The position numbers were made by a program, and so were the translations under genes. From positions 154,132,001 through 154,196,000 of the forward strand of contig OX597815.1 of assembly GCA_951406725.2 (NCBI GenBank): 64,000 bases of DNA. Direction: 5' to 3'. The notes below the pieces were generated by a model, which searched no databases, had not been told where the DNA came from, and worked only from the letters and a program-made list of their open reading frames with translations. The stretch's first letter is position 1, and each line of letters begins with the position of its first letter. Source of the stretch: Octopus vulgaris. Its lineage: Eukaryota. This document shows positions 1 to 13,449 of this stretch, piece after piece.

Positions 1-980
1 AGAAAGAGAAGAAATAACAGTAAAGAAATTAATATATATCGCTAGCTTCTCTCATATCTCACTATCCCGTGGAAAAGATTTCAATAAATGATAATATGCA
101 AAGCGCATCAGCTATAGAGTCATGTAAATCTCAATATTTAACTGAATAACAATCCGACAGTCATAAATGTCACAAAACAAACCATTTAACAATTAGAATT
201 GTTTAGAAGTTTCGTATATTTACAATCTCAAATGTATGCTTAATGGTTCTAATCTTGACGTAAATAACACCCTTCTTCAATTAACTGTTTAATTTGACTT
301 TCGTTTCAAGCTGATAAACGATAGACGATAAAATAGTTTAAAGCAAGATATAGATAATTCTATTTTTTAACTGTGTGCTAACGGCTACACATCTGTCTTG
401 ACGCCTTAAACGTTTGAAATGATATCATTGAGATAATTATTACGAGGAGCAATTATTTTAAGATAATTATCGACAACATGCAACTATACAAATGAATATA
501 TCAAATTGATTTGGACGTCAAATCAGAAAAAAGTAAAAATAAAATCATATGCTGTTTATTTTTAATCTGTGATAAATCTATGAGATAAAAATAGGCCTGT
601 ATGATATTTCGAAACAATAGATCTAATAATTAATTATTGTGATATAAGCTTTGAAGAGATGAATTCTTTTAGAAGGCTGATCGACTATATCAACCCCAAG
701 ATTGATTGATACTTTATTTTATCGGTTTCGAAAGGATGAAAGACAAAGTTGACCTCAGTGGCATTTGTAGTCAGAACTAAAAACGGACAAAATGCCGCTA
801 AGAATTTCCTCCGGCATGGCTTCATAATAATAATACTAATCCTTTCTACTAAAGGCACAAAGCCTGAAAGGATGAAAGGTAAAATCGACTTCGGTGGAAT
901 TTGAACACAGAACGCAGCGACGGGCAAAATGCCGCTAAGTATTTAGTCCAGCTCGCTAACGATTCTGCCAGCTCACCGCC

Positions 981-1023
<43 letters not shown>

Positions 1024-1065
1024 TAATAATAATAATGCTGATGATGATAATGATGATGATAATAA

Positions 1066-1707
1066 GTGGGGTGAAACGGTATGGCACATCACTAGCGAAT
1101 GCCCGAAATTGGCACAGCGCGAATACAAAAGACGCCATGACAATTTGGCAAGAATGATCCATTGAGAGCTCTGTGGAAATCACGGCCTACAAAGAGCAAA
1201 GACGTAGTATGGGTACACCCCAGAAGGAGTCACCGAAAATGAAAGCTGTAAAACCCTGTGGGATGCAATGATTCTTTGCGATCACACGACCAGACATCGG
1301 TAACTGGACATTGTTGTGGTGAATAAAAAAGAAAGAACATGTATGAGAATCGACATAGCATGCCCAAGTGACAACAGGACAAATATGAAAGAGGGAAAAA
1401 TAAACAACTATAATGATTTCAAGTGAGAAATACGAATTTTTTTTATTCAATAAAGAGAGTAGACGTGATACCAATAATAATTGGTGCACTTGGAAGTATC
1501 AGCACCCATCTACCAGCAGGGCTGATAAAGATGGGTGCAAGTGTGAAGGTAGAACTCCTACAAAAATCAGCATTGCTTGGAACTGCAAGAATTCTTCGCA
1601 GGGTTCTTGAAGCATGACCAGTAAACAAGTGTCACCTTAGTCTGCTGGCTGTGGGCAGATCACATTTTCCAACATACTCAGGAAAATATGCTGTGAGTTT
1701 TCATGCA
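1066..1707 (+). mobile_element. R4/Dong-type non-LTR retrotransposon 3' fragment (REL endonuclease)
   Basis: HITSECPKLAQREYKRRHD, LWD, DIV..IDIACP, VIPIIIGALG, LQKSALLGTARILRRVL with stops and frameshifts; flanked by (AAT)n. Confidence 0.85.
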
Positions 1708-1729
1708 ATAATAATAATAATAATAATGA

Positions 1730-1785
<56 letters not shown>

Positions 1786-2031
1786 ATAATAATAATAATA
1801 ATAATCCTTTCGCTGTAGGTTCAAGGCCTGGATTTTGGAGAAGTGGTTAATTCGATCAGATCAACTGGTTCTTAAAATACCGATCCCTAAAAGATGAAAG
1901 GCAAAGTCAACCTTGGTGGAATTTGAACTCAGAACGTTGCCACAGACGAAATACCGCTAAGATTTTCGCCCGGCGTGCTAACGATTCTGCTTGTTCGAAT
2001 CGTTAATAATAATAATAATAATAATAATAAC

Positions 2032-2093
<62 letters not shown>

Positions 2094-2095
<2 letters not shown>

Positions 2096-2880
2096 CCCAG
2101 CAATAGTTGAGAAGCTCAGGATTCAAAGCAGACTGAAGGATTTTTCATTGCAGCACAAGACCCAAGGTCTTCCCACCAGAAATTACCAAAACATATAATG
2201 AAACAAGTAACTGCAGAATATGTGAAGATGGAGAAGAAACAATAAATCATATCATCTCTGGCTGCCCAGTCCTGGCTAAGAAGGAACATATTCACAGACA
2301 CGACAGAGTTTGGACCTACATACACTGGAAGCTGTGCCAGCAATATGGAATAACAACAGAAAAAAGATGGTGTAGGCACACGCCAGAAAAGGCCATAGAA
2401 AACGAGAAATCAAAAATACTCTGGGATATGCCAATACACACGGATAGAGAAATTAAGGCCAATAGGCCAGATAAAGTTGTTAGAGATCATGAAGAAAAAA
2501 GTGCTTTATAATTGATGTATCAATACCGGCAGATGACAACGTTTGTCTAAAAGAAATGGAGAAACTTTCAAAATACAAAGACCTGGAAATACAGGTAACT
2601 CGAATGTAGAATCTAAAAACAGAAACAATTCCTATCATAGTGGGCACATTAGGTATGATAAAAAATATTCAGACAAATACATAACAAATACACCAGGAAT
2701 TACAAATATGTATATACCATACACAAAATTGCACTACTGAGCACTGCACACATCCTACGCAAAACACTTTCAATACTGTAACCATAAGAGCATCACAGCA
2801 AACCACAGCACACACCCAAGGCACACAGAGCTGCGCTCGGTAGTGAAGTGAAAGCACGCTATAAATATAAAACTACTGAA
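2094..2880 (+). mobile_element. R4/Dong-type LINE 3' fragment
   Basis: TEGFFIAAQD, CRICEDGEETINHIISGC (CCHC), RHD, ILWDMPIHTDREIKANRPD, IDVSIP, KYKDL; (AAT)n on both sides. Confidence 0.88.
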
Positions 2881-2960
2881 TAATAATAATAATAATAATA
2901 ATAACAACAACAACAAATAACAACAACAACAACAACAACAACAATAATAATAATAATAAT

Positions 2961-3518
2961 AAATGCCCTGATGTAGTACCAGGCAGTGGCTCTGGTGGCT
3001 TCTGATCTTAACTGATTGGGAGTGATATCATGTACATTGTTTCGTCTTGGTATAAAAGATGGGCTACAGCAAATATTCTGCTCAATACCACAGATTTGCT
3101 TGTCAGTTGTTTGACCTTAACCAGTTGACCATGTCCCTTAGTGGCTGACGATATGTGCATCTCTGATCATTAGCAGGAGTAGTGAAGGAGCATCATAGCC
3201 ATGTGTTGAGAGAGATTCTTTGGGGTTTGAATGATTCACCTCTGGAAACATGGGTGGTTCGTTCAACATCCTTAAACAATCCTTATTTAGGGATCTTTTG
3301 AACGGGATGGGTTATTTGACCAGAAAAAAATTTTAACTGGGCCCCACCCGCAAGGTCATATGATATTTGTCTTGATATGAGATCACCATGTCGAGCACAT
3401 ATGGTTGTGATGCATGTGCCTAGTGTACCCTTATCAGACGGGTAGTCATGATGGGTATACTGGGCTTCGTATATGTTTCCCCAGTGTCATTTTGATGGCA
3501 TGCACTGGTCTCTCACTC

Positions 3519-3519
<1 letters not shown>
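2961..3519 (+). mobile_element. Interspersed repeat between (AAT)n tracts, probably the 3' UTR of another AAT-targeting LINE
   Basis: Higher-GC block bounded on both sides by (AAT)n like the neighbouring Dong fragments; no coding motif recognised. Confidence 0.4.
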
Positions 3520-3571
<52 letters not shown>

Positions 3572-4226
3572 TAATAATAATAATAACAATAATAATAATA
3601 ATAATGATGATGATGATCATGATGATGATGATGATGGTTTCAAATTTTGCCACAAGGGCGGCCAGTTTTGTGGCTGGGAACAAGTAGATTATATAATAAT
3701 AAGTACCTAACAGCCGGGCTACCGAATATGAAGGTGAAGATAGTGCCAATTATTGTTGGGTCTTTGGGGACAGTATAAGAAGGCATCAAGAGGAATATAA
3801 AGAAATCTGAATAGAGTAGCCAGTAGAATTGTTAAAAAAATCTTTGTCTCCTTATCACCGCCGGAATAATTAGGAAACTATTAGGAACAGATAGCATGGT
3901 ACCCTAGGTTGCAGGCATCAAGCCATCTGCGTATGCAAGACTCCAACAGTGCAAGCGCAAACAAAACCTGTGTTTAAAAAAAATAATTATGATAATCCTT
4001 TCTACTAAAAGCATAAGGCCTGAAATTAAAAGGATGGGACTAGTCGATTGCATCTACCCCAGTGTTTCACCCCGAAAGCATGAAAAGCAATGTTGACCTC
4101 AGCAGAATCTGAACTCAGAAATAGCTACGGGCGAATTACCGCTAAGCATATTCCTAGACGTTCTAACTATTCTGCCAGTTTGCCGCCTTAATAATATTGA
4201 TGATGATGATGATGATAATAATAATA

Positions 4227-4273
<47 letters not shown>

Positions 4274-5438
4274 TATAATCGTTTCTGCTATAGGTACAAT
4301 GCCTGAAATTTGGGGTAGAGGATTAGTCGATTACATCGAGCCCAGTGTTTCACTGGTACTTAATTTATCGACCCTGAAAGGATAGAAGATGAAGTCAGCC
4401 TCGGCAGAATTTGAACTTTGAACGCAAGGATGGACGAAAAGTATTTTGCCCGGCGTGCTAACTTCTACCAACTCGCCGCCTAAATAACAATGAAAATAAT
4501 GAAAATAAAAATAATAATGATGATAATAATGATAATAATAATGAATGAATCACTTGCGTATTGATGATCATCGTTTCAAATTTAAATGCCAATTTTTCTT
4601 AGATGCGAATAATATTTATGTAGGAAGGAAACCGAGATGTCACATTCATACCTTTTTACAGTATGTTAATGGCGTAGGGGTATATCTACAGTATGTTAAC
4701 GGCGTAAGACGTATATTTGCAGTATTCGACCCAGAGCGTTAAGTTACATAAGTACAACACCTTCAATCTTTAGTTTCAGATTTGTATATTTTCTACCATT
4801 CACTGCCTCAAAATTATATTGGGGGAAATAATAAAATCAATAATTTTTGGAATGATTGAAATATCGCACAAGAAAAAGTTTTCGACGAATGCGTCTATAC
4901 TTTTAAAATATTATCAAATAATCATAAATATGAAAACTTTCAGGACCAATTACAGAAATTTATTTACAAAGTTTCCAAATTATTTTGGATTTGTAAAACA
5001 AACAAAAGAATTTAAACCACGATAAATGAATATAAAATAATTATCACTAGTAGCCACTTCATTTGCTTCACTAAAATTTCGCAATACTTCAATAGTTTCA
5101 GAAGAAAAGAAAAATGGAAACACAAAACAACGAAAAATGCTAAAACAAAGGGAAACACATGTTGAATATCAAGTGTAATACTTAGTTTCGAGATAGTTTA
5201 GTTAGAATATTAGCTGCTGAATTTGTCTTCACAGAATGTATAATACTTGTGTTGAAGATTGTTAATTAGTGAGTGATATTTTCCACATATTGGAGGTTTT
5301 TTTTTCAGTGAAAAGAACTTGTAATTTCCTGCATTGACGGAAGGAAGTTACAACTAAACTCATATAGTTAATGTAGCGTCGTTTCTATGACATTGATATG
5401 GTTTTCCTTTTGTATAGGATCATGTACAATGAGGAGTT

Positions 5439-6135
5439 TTATATAGGATCATCACTACGTGCTGCAGACTTCTTTACAGACATCGTAACCTGGCCACTTG
5501 CGTACTCAACTGTCATGTATTTTGTTGTGGCATTTCTCTGCTCACCGCTATATCTCTTTTTCTGACACATGATCATATTTTTTAAACTCTGCTGGAATTT
5601 ATTGCTGAAAAAGCAATATATAACTGGATTTGTTCCACTATTTGCAAGTCCAAGCCATTGAGCTATCGGGACGATAACTTGATTTAATAGTGTCGTGCTT
5701 TCTAAATTCGGTATGAAATAGACGCAGAGTTGTATGGTGTATATTGGTAACCAAGATAGTCCAAAGAGCAGCACAACCACAACAAGCATTTTGACCACCT
5801 TGATTTTTGACTTCATAATTACCTGAGATTTGTCACATAATCCTGGAGAATCTCTGTTCCACACGCGCAGACCAATTAAGATATAACACAAAATGATTAA
5901 TAACAAAGGTATAGTATAACAACAAAGGAAGATAGCTGCAAGGAAAAATGCTTTTCCTGTTTCCACATCTGGCCAATCGGGGAAACAAACGAATACATTA
6001 CTGTGTGGAATTTGCCTATAGAATACAGCCCACGGTATCATTACAAGAAGTGCAAATATCCAAGTAGATACAATAATAACTCGTGAAACAGTTGATGATA
6101 TTTTGAACTGTAAGGTGTAGCATATAGCTAAGTAT
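5439..6135 (-). CDS. Terminal coding exon (ICL2 to C-tail, TM4-TM7) of a rhodopsin-class neuropeptide GPCR, SIFamide/NPFF-receptor-like
   Basis: The frame extends upstream of the listed ATG to an acceptor (minus strand tcttgtctttttcAG|A TAC TTA GCT ATA TGC). It reads [36 protein letters not shown]...CFPDWP...[12 protein letters not shown]...[21 protein letters not shown]...[18 protein letters not shown] (NPxxY). 697 nt = 1 nt + 232 codons including the stop. Confidence 0.93.
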
Positions 6136-6310
6136 CTGAAAAAGACAAGAAAAGTATATTAATATAGTATATAAATAGATATGATATACATGAATACATA
6201 CATATACACATACGTACATACGTAGATGCACAGACACACAGACACAGACACACACACACATATATAAGCCCCTATATATATAAATATATGTAAATGTACG
6301 TATGCATATG

Positions 6311-6366
<56 letters not shown>

Positions 6367-6470
6367 TATGTATATGTATATATATATATATATAATACAT
6401 ATATATACATATATATACATATAAATACACCTATATATACATATAGATATATGTAAACATACATATATGT

Positions 6471-6507
<37 letters not shown>

Positions 6508-6819
6508 CATACATACTATATATATATATATATGTCTGACACAGACACACCACACTGATTTCAACTTCTCAAGCGTTAAATTAATAAACATAAATAATAT
6601 CCGTTAAAATTTGTTTTCTCCGTGTTGTTCTTTTTGATGTCTATTGACTTTAGGCTACACGCACACGAGCACGTATTTTATAAATGTATATATACGTGTG
6701 TATACTTATGTATCAGCGTGTATGTGTGATGTGTATCTTTGACTATGTATATATCCACATACAAATCTACTGGCACATTCACTCAGACATATACATATAT
6801 ATCTAATGGTTTATTGAAG

Positions 6820-7700
6820 ACGAACGGGGGGTTCTAAGCCAAGACCTTGGCAGCCATTGACGCCTCAGATCAATATGATTGATGTTCATGGCGATTCGAA
6901 AACTGTCGTCTGTAATGAAGTTCATAGAAATGTTGAGAATTCTAAAATGATTGCAGTCGAGGGAGTATGGGTTGTATATTTAGTGTCGAGGAGTGACCTG
7001 AGAGGAGACATAGGAGTGACGAGAGAAAGAGAGGTAACGGTGCCGCATGAGAATATACACATAATCCAAACTTCTGATTCATACCAGAGATGATTAATTG
7101 TACCTCAGAGACTGCCCCACAAATACATGTTGCTGCTGTGCCTACGTTCTGACAGGATGCCTCCCGTCAAAGAGACTAAACGTCAATGGAGCCCATAAGC
7201 CAACGGCGTGCTTTGGAGAATCGCATGCCAGTTCAAAGGCGAACAAGTACACACGTATGCACACACACACATATTCATACATACATAAGTACATGTATGT
7301 ATGTGTGTGTGTGTGTGTGTGTGAAACTAAAGACATTGATTTCCATAATTTATAGAAGCGCGAGAACATAATAGTGATTGATATGAGAGTGAAGCTTTCT
7401 AAAATATCTGTCTTTGCAGAAGTCGTACTGTTCAGCAATGGCAATGTCGTTGATCCCAAGGTAGAGAAGGTATAGGAGAATGTTACTGTTCACCACACTC
7501 TCTATTACATGTAAGAAGCTGAACGCGAGAGCGCCACGCTGATAGTTGTAAGGGTCAGAGTTTCGACCGGGACACATTGCAGCATGCTTCCAGATTTTAA
7601 ATAATTTATGTTTTGTAAGCGATTGAAACTTTTGGTGAAGGTAAGACATGGCGGTGTGGATGCATTATTTGAGTGTGAAAGCAGAAACTATCAGAGCCGG
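6820..7700 (-). mobile_element. Very old LINE RT relic (CR1/L2-like)
   Basis: DPYNYQ..LA..VIESVVN..YL....EQYDF resembles the NYRPISL..K..E..QYGF RT N-terminus; ITDD downstream. Confidence 0.45.
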
Positions 7701-10700
7701 TTGGTTTCCTGATGTCAGATGCATGCATGTGGTGTAAGGAGTCGGGCTGACAGAATCGTTAACACGTCGGGCAAAGTGCTTCGCGTTATTTCTTCCGTCT
7801 TTACCATTTAAGTTCAAATTCCACAGAGGTCGACTTTGCCTTTTATCTTTTCAAAGACAGTAAAATAAGTATCAATTGATTGCTTACTAGCTACCCCCGA
7901 ACTTGCAGGCCTTGTGCCAAAGTTAAACTAATATTACAAAACAGAGTTAAAACCCTGCGGAAGTCAACTTATCCGTCTTTCATTCCGGTTTCAATAAAAT
8001 ATATCATTTAAAAATCGCTATAGCAGAAGTCATTGGCCCATGGTACCACTCAGTGGGATTGAATCCTGAACCACCTTGGGTTACGTAACTTCTTCTATAG
8101 TCTAGGGACTACCAAACCGATATCGTTGAGAATTGGTAAACGAAACAGAAGAATTCCACCTGAACGATCGTTCTTATTCTTTGTAGGGAGATTTTAAGTG
8201 TTTCCTGGTTTCACACCATTACCTGACCGCCTGAATAACTTTTACAGAATTCATTATGTGGGAAGGGAAGCACTCAGTGGCAGGTCACCAGTATGAAGAT
8301 AACTTTCTCCCTTTTCCCTAAGAATCTTGGAGACCATCGAAGAGATCATAAATGTTCTTTCATTGATGAAATGATATATAAAGATAGAACACTAGCATGT
8401 CATTTTGCTTCTATGCAGAATCATTTATTCTATTTGATTCAGTCCAACTAACTATCAAGTAAGGCTAGGTCTTTCTCTAGAAATATTGGTTCCAAATTTT
8501 GGCACAAGGCCAGTCATTTCGCAGATGGCGGCAAGTCTATTACATCGATCTCAGTGTTTGCACTGGTACTAACATGATTGTTTCCGGAAGGATAAAGGGG
8601 CAAAGTCGAACTCAGATTGTAAAGACGGACGAAATATAGCTAAAAATTTTGTCCGGAAGGCTAACGATTCTGCCAGCTTGCTACCCTTTTCTCTAGAAAT
8701 ATTACGAACAATCGACTAGAACCATATTCTAAGAACCAGAATATTGTACTCAGGATCTGCCTATCTTTAATCTCTTTCCGAGCTCCAGTTCTGGTAGTGA
8801 TGGTTTAAAAAGGTGTTACATTTTTCAAATGAAAATAGAGAAGATATTGCTCGGTGCAAGTATCGGACTCTCAGACAGTCTTATCATTCCTATAGTTATC
8901 CCAGTTATATTTGAGATAACTGCGATCCCGCCAGCAGAATAAAAATTCGAACTTAGGATAACTTGTTTATTTTCTCTTTTGGCTTAGTTTGGAGGGAAGA
9001 TCTGTGCCCATAGCATTCGAAGGCTCTGGAAGACCAGAAGGTTCGATGGGGATAATATAGCATTTGGTCAAAGAAACAGAGAAAAAGGAATTGCATAGGG
9101 ACACATTTCGTGTGAGGAAGGACTGAAAGTAGAGGTTAGGGCAAGTCTGTGATGGAAGTGAAGGTGACTCAATATGGGTGATGAGAGACGAGGCCATAAA
9201 AACAGACGGCGTGACTATAAGGCAGAGATTGGAATATGATGGTTAAAGAATTCATGCTAAATATTCAGACGCTTTATAACGTTATAAGGTTAAAATATAC
9301 GCGTAAACATCAGAACGGTTCCAGATGTGAGAACAATACTGAAATGTGAGATTTACTCGATTTTTGTTAGTAGTTAGTAGTAGGTGAGCTATTTCCTTAT
9401 ATTGTAAAGGAAGTTTATTACTTTTTATACTGCATTTGTTATATTTTACGATTTGCACTCATTATCAGAGATCTTCGTTGAAAGTAACACCTAAAATTTA
9501 TGGTGAACTGGGGGAGTTCTAGTTGCGAGCAGAGCATATTTAAGTGGCGAATGTAGCGATGGTGGGAGAATGATGGAAATAGTTTTAGAGGCGTCTGTTT
9601 ATTGACTCAGTACAGATATGTGTGTGATGTTTGGGTTCCTTTGGGGAAGTCATTTAGGTTTGGAACGTTATAGAGGTATGAGAATTTGATCATAAAATAC
9701 GTAGAGAAGACTAATAAGTTGTCGAGGCATAGGAGTGAGAGAGTGTTGGGGAAAATGCAACACTGAATCATACAAGAGATGATTGAATGTAGATTAGATA
9801 GAACTGTATCACAACGGTGCAATCTGCTAGCAAATCACTGACCTACCATACAGGGAATAGACGAAGTCTATAAGATGGTGGCGGAGGATCAGTTTGCCAA
9901 CAGATTCTTATGACATCTTCTGTCAAAGGTATTTCTTTTAATCACACGAGGTATTCGGATGAATAGAGCAACACTTCCCGATATGTTTAAAAGTATAGTT
10001 ATGATAGTCGAACATATTCTGAAGCTAACCGCCATGTTGTGATTAATAAAATGTATAGAAATAAAATGACTGAACGAAAAGCACAAACAGAACGACATAA
10101 AAAAAATATAGTTTATAAATTTAATCATGCCATATTAATATATAATATCAGAAAATAAATATGAAAAATAAAGAATATATATGCAAATGAATTAAATTCT
10201 ATATATTTTGGTTAATCTTAATTATCCAGTCGCCTTTGTAGAGATTTAACAGATAAAAAAAAAGAACACGAGAAATAGAAAAAAACAAAACATAATCGAT
10301 TATCAGCGTTCAAAATTGTTTTTCTCCATCACCGATCTAGTTAATTTATCGCACAATTATATCATTATGCTTACAGGACAATCATTAAATTTTCATTATG
10401 CATGCCTACACATAGAGGTTTTATATTTCTATCAATTATCTTCACATAATTGTCTTCATTCTTTACACATACACTCAATGTTGATGAAAATCACAGCATG
10501 TGAGGGCTTTTTCAACCAAAGTAAGTTAATCGATAACAGGACATAGATATTTCAACGACTAATGATGCAGCTGAATTAGCAATGGATCTTTAGCAATTTA
10601 AAATATTTCTGTAACAAATGTAGCAGTGCAATTTCAAAATATTTGCACATTATTAATAGCTTCGGCTCGATCAGAAACGTAGGAATACTCTAAGTAAACC

Positions 10701-10959
10701 TATTTATATATCAGGTAATCAAAAGAATAAATCACCGAGATTTGTAAGTTTGACGACGAGTGTGTCGCAGAAAAGTGTGATAACGTACAATAAGCCATGA
10801 TTTAATTAATTCTGTTTCAAAATAATTCTAGCGTTGCTCTAGAGCAATTAGTGTGAAATGCGATTGCGTCTATAATCTCTAAAGAGAACGAGCAGATCTA
10901 ACAACAATGTGTGTGCATGCTTGTGTTTGTACATACATGCATGCATACATATGCCCAAA

Positions 10960-11951
10960 TGCATCAATAAATTAACATCGATATTTTTACACCGTTCTTA
11001 CAATCACCTGAAATTGAACTGTCAAAGTGAGATATTCGAGCAATTTTGCTATTCAACTTTAAAAACTGCTCGCGATATGAACGAAATGATTGGTGATGAA
11101 ATGACTTGTGAATGATCAGCTTGAAAATGTTAAGATCGTGGACGTCCATCTGTCATCAAGTAAAGACCATCATTGAGAAAGGTTCACGTAAACCCACTCG
11201 AGAACTGGCAATCAGAAAATCAAAAAATCACGACAAATGGGTACCACACGATTTGAATGAAAATCAGAAAATGCGAAAATATGAAATTTGCGTGTCGTTT
11301 CTTCTCCGTAACCAGACCGATCCATTTCTCGAGCGTATTGTAATTTGCGATGAAAAGTGGATTGTGAAAAATAATACAAAACGTTCTTCGCAGTGGTTGG
11401 ATCAAAATGAAGCCCCGAACGCTTTCCTAAACCTGAGCTCTTCCAAAAGAAGGTTGTTGTGACGGTTTGATCGTGCACTAATGGACTTATCCACTATAAC
11501 TTCTTAAAACCCGGAAAACCATTACTGCAGAAACATAATGCTATGAAATTGCCAAAATGAACGGAAACCTCCGTCCCAGACTGGTCAACAGAAGAGGGCC
11601 AATCATTCTTCACTAATGACGCTTCAGATGTTGAGGAAACATAGCTACGAAGTTCTTCCCTACCCAGCTTCTTCCCCAGATCTTTCTCCTACCGACTACC
11701 ACTTTTTCAAGCATGTTGATAGTTTCCTGCGAGAGAAGGTGTTCAAAAATCAAACCGATGCTAAAAGTGTGTTCAAAGAGTTTATCAGCTCGAGAACTAC
11801 AGATTTTTACCGGAAAAAACAAACTGGTGACTTGTTTGCAAAAATGTTTTGATTGTAATCGTACTTTGATAAATAAAATATTTCCGCATTGTTGAAATAA
11901 ATTGTGATGAATTTCATGTTTCAAATCGTTGCTTACTTTTTACTCAGTCTG

Positions 11952-11953
<2 letters not shown>
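10960..11953 (+). mobile_element. Decayed mariner DNA transposon
   Basis: WVPHDL, ICDEKW and PYPASSPDLSPTDYHFF motifs across frameshifted ORFs 11112-11462 and 11616-11852. Confidence 0.9.
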
Positions 11954-12010
<57 letters not shown>

Positions 12011-12235
12011 GTTATGAAAAAAGGCCATTTACGGTATATTTGAAGTATTAATTTATAAAAATATGGTAAAGTAAAAGAATTCACTTTACCACACACCGAA
12101 CTTTTCAGAAATAGCAGCCAAAAATTTGGCTATTTCTTCAACTGCAAATAAAAGTCTCCAGACAATGCATACTCAGAAAAATAACTCACATAGGAATAAG
12201 GGAAAAACAATGAAAGATCACATCCATATACGATA

Positions 12236-12297
12236 CCCGAGGACAGTCTGTTTCTGGATTTGTGGGTAAAACGCCACTTTTCCTTCATCAGCTCAGA
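12236..12297 (-). ncRNA. Type I hammerhead ribozyme-like motif (inverted arm)
   Basis: Exact reverse complement of 12572-12633. Confidence 0.72.
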
Positions 12298-12571
12298 GAT
12301 TTCTTCCGGTTTAGATTCGAAAATACTAAGAATCAAACATACCCGTCCGATATCTGTAACATCGGACAAACCATGCCAGACACCCAGTACTAGCGAATCC
12401 AAAAATACGAATGAGATCTATTATCACGTGGGCGGACAGGGAGAATAATAGATCTCATTCGTATTTTTGGATTCGCTAGTACTGGGTGTCTGGCATGGTT
12501 TGTCCGATGTTACAGATATCGGACGGGTATGTTTGATTCTTAGTATTTTCGAATCTAAACCGGAAGAAATC

Positions 12572-12633
12572 TCTGAGCTGATGAAGGAAAAGTGGCGTTT
12601 TACCCACAAATCCAGAAACAGACTGTCCTCGGG
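12572..12633 (+). ncRNA. Type I hammerhead ribozyme-like motif (tandem unit 1)
   Basis: Stem I TCTGAG/CTCGGG; CTGATGA (12578-12584); stem II GGA..GTGG/CCAC..TCC with an extra A on each side; GAAA-CAGACTG-TC; predicted cleavage after 12627. Confidence 0.72.
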
Positions 12634-13132
12634 TATCGTATATGGATGTGATCTTTCATTGTTTTTCCCTTATTCCTATGTGAGTTATTTTTCTGAGTAT
12701 GCATTGTCTGGAGACTTTTATTTGCAGTTGAAGAAATAGCCAAATTTTTGGCTGCTATTTCTGAAAAGTTCGGTGTGTGGTAAAGTGAATTCTTTTACTT
12801 TACCATATTTTTATAAATTAATACTTCAAATATACCGTAAATGGTCTTTACATACCGAATACTGCTTGGTCGAATTTATTAATAATTAATTAATTCGACC
12901 CCCTTTTTCATAACAATATAATGCTTTCTCTCCAAGAATTTAAACTGCAGTTTTTACCTCTGTAGAAATGGAATGCTCTATGACTCACGTGGGCGGACAG
13001 GGAGAATAATAGATCTCATTCGTATTTTTGGATTCGCTAGTACTGGGTGTCTGGCATGGTTTGTCCGATGTTACAGATATCGGACGGGTATGTTTGATTC
13101 TTAGTATTTTCGAATCTAAACCGGAAGAAATC

Positions 13133-13194
13133 TCTGAGCTGATGAAGGAAAAGTGGCGTTTTGCCCACAAATCCAGAAACAGACTGTCCTCGGG
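13133..13194 (+). ncRNA. Type I hammerhead ribozyme-like motif (tandem unit 2)
   Basis: Copy 561 nt downstream of 12572-12633; predicted cleavage after 13188. Confidence 0.72.
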
Positions 13195-13397
13195 TATCGT
13201 ATATGGATGTGATCTTTCATTGTTTTTCCCTTATTCCTATGTGAGTTATTTTTCTGAGTATGCATTGTCTGGAGACTTTTATTTGCAGTTGAAGAAATAG
13301 CCAAATTTTTGGCTGCTATTTCTGAAAAGTTCGGTGTGTGGTAAAGTGAATTCTTTTACTTTACCATATTTTTATAAATTAATACTTCAAATATACC

Positions 13398-13446
<49 letters not shown>

Positions 13447-13449
<3 letters not shown>

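Larger units (their letters stand above)
981..4540. repeat. Cluster of (AAT)n/(ACT)n/(GAT)n microsatellites interleaved with LINEs and SINEs
   Basis: Direct inspection: tracts at about 981-1065, 1708-1805, 2005-2093, 2880-2961, 3519-3635 and 4190-4278. Confidence 0.95.
12011..13400. mobile_element. Non-coding PLE-derived or retrozyme-like element: ~400-bp inverted arm plus a 561-bp tandem unit and a 416-bp partial unit, each with a hammerhead
   Basis: 12025-12424 is the reverse complement of 12445-12844 (20-nt spacer). The start of 12424-12984 is directly repeated at 12985-13400. (TA)n on both flanks; no RT or EN coding. Confidence 0.8.

Noticed and set aside
4959-4964. GPCR polyadenylation signal (minus-strand AATAAA)
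   Set aside because: The hexamer is expected by chance in such AT-rich DNA and there is no transcript evidence.
8700-9990. Possible ancient LINE remnant on the minus strand
   Set aside because: Composition is suggestive but I could not read any diagnostic motif.
12467-12739. Triplicated 90-aa ORF MDSLVLGVW...
   Set aside because: It recurs only because the repeat is triplicated, starts at TTG, has no recognisable domain and overlaps the hammerhead.
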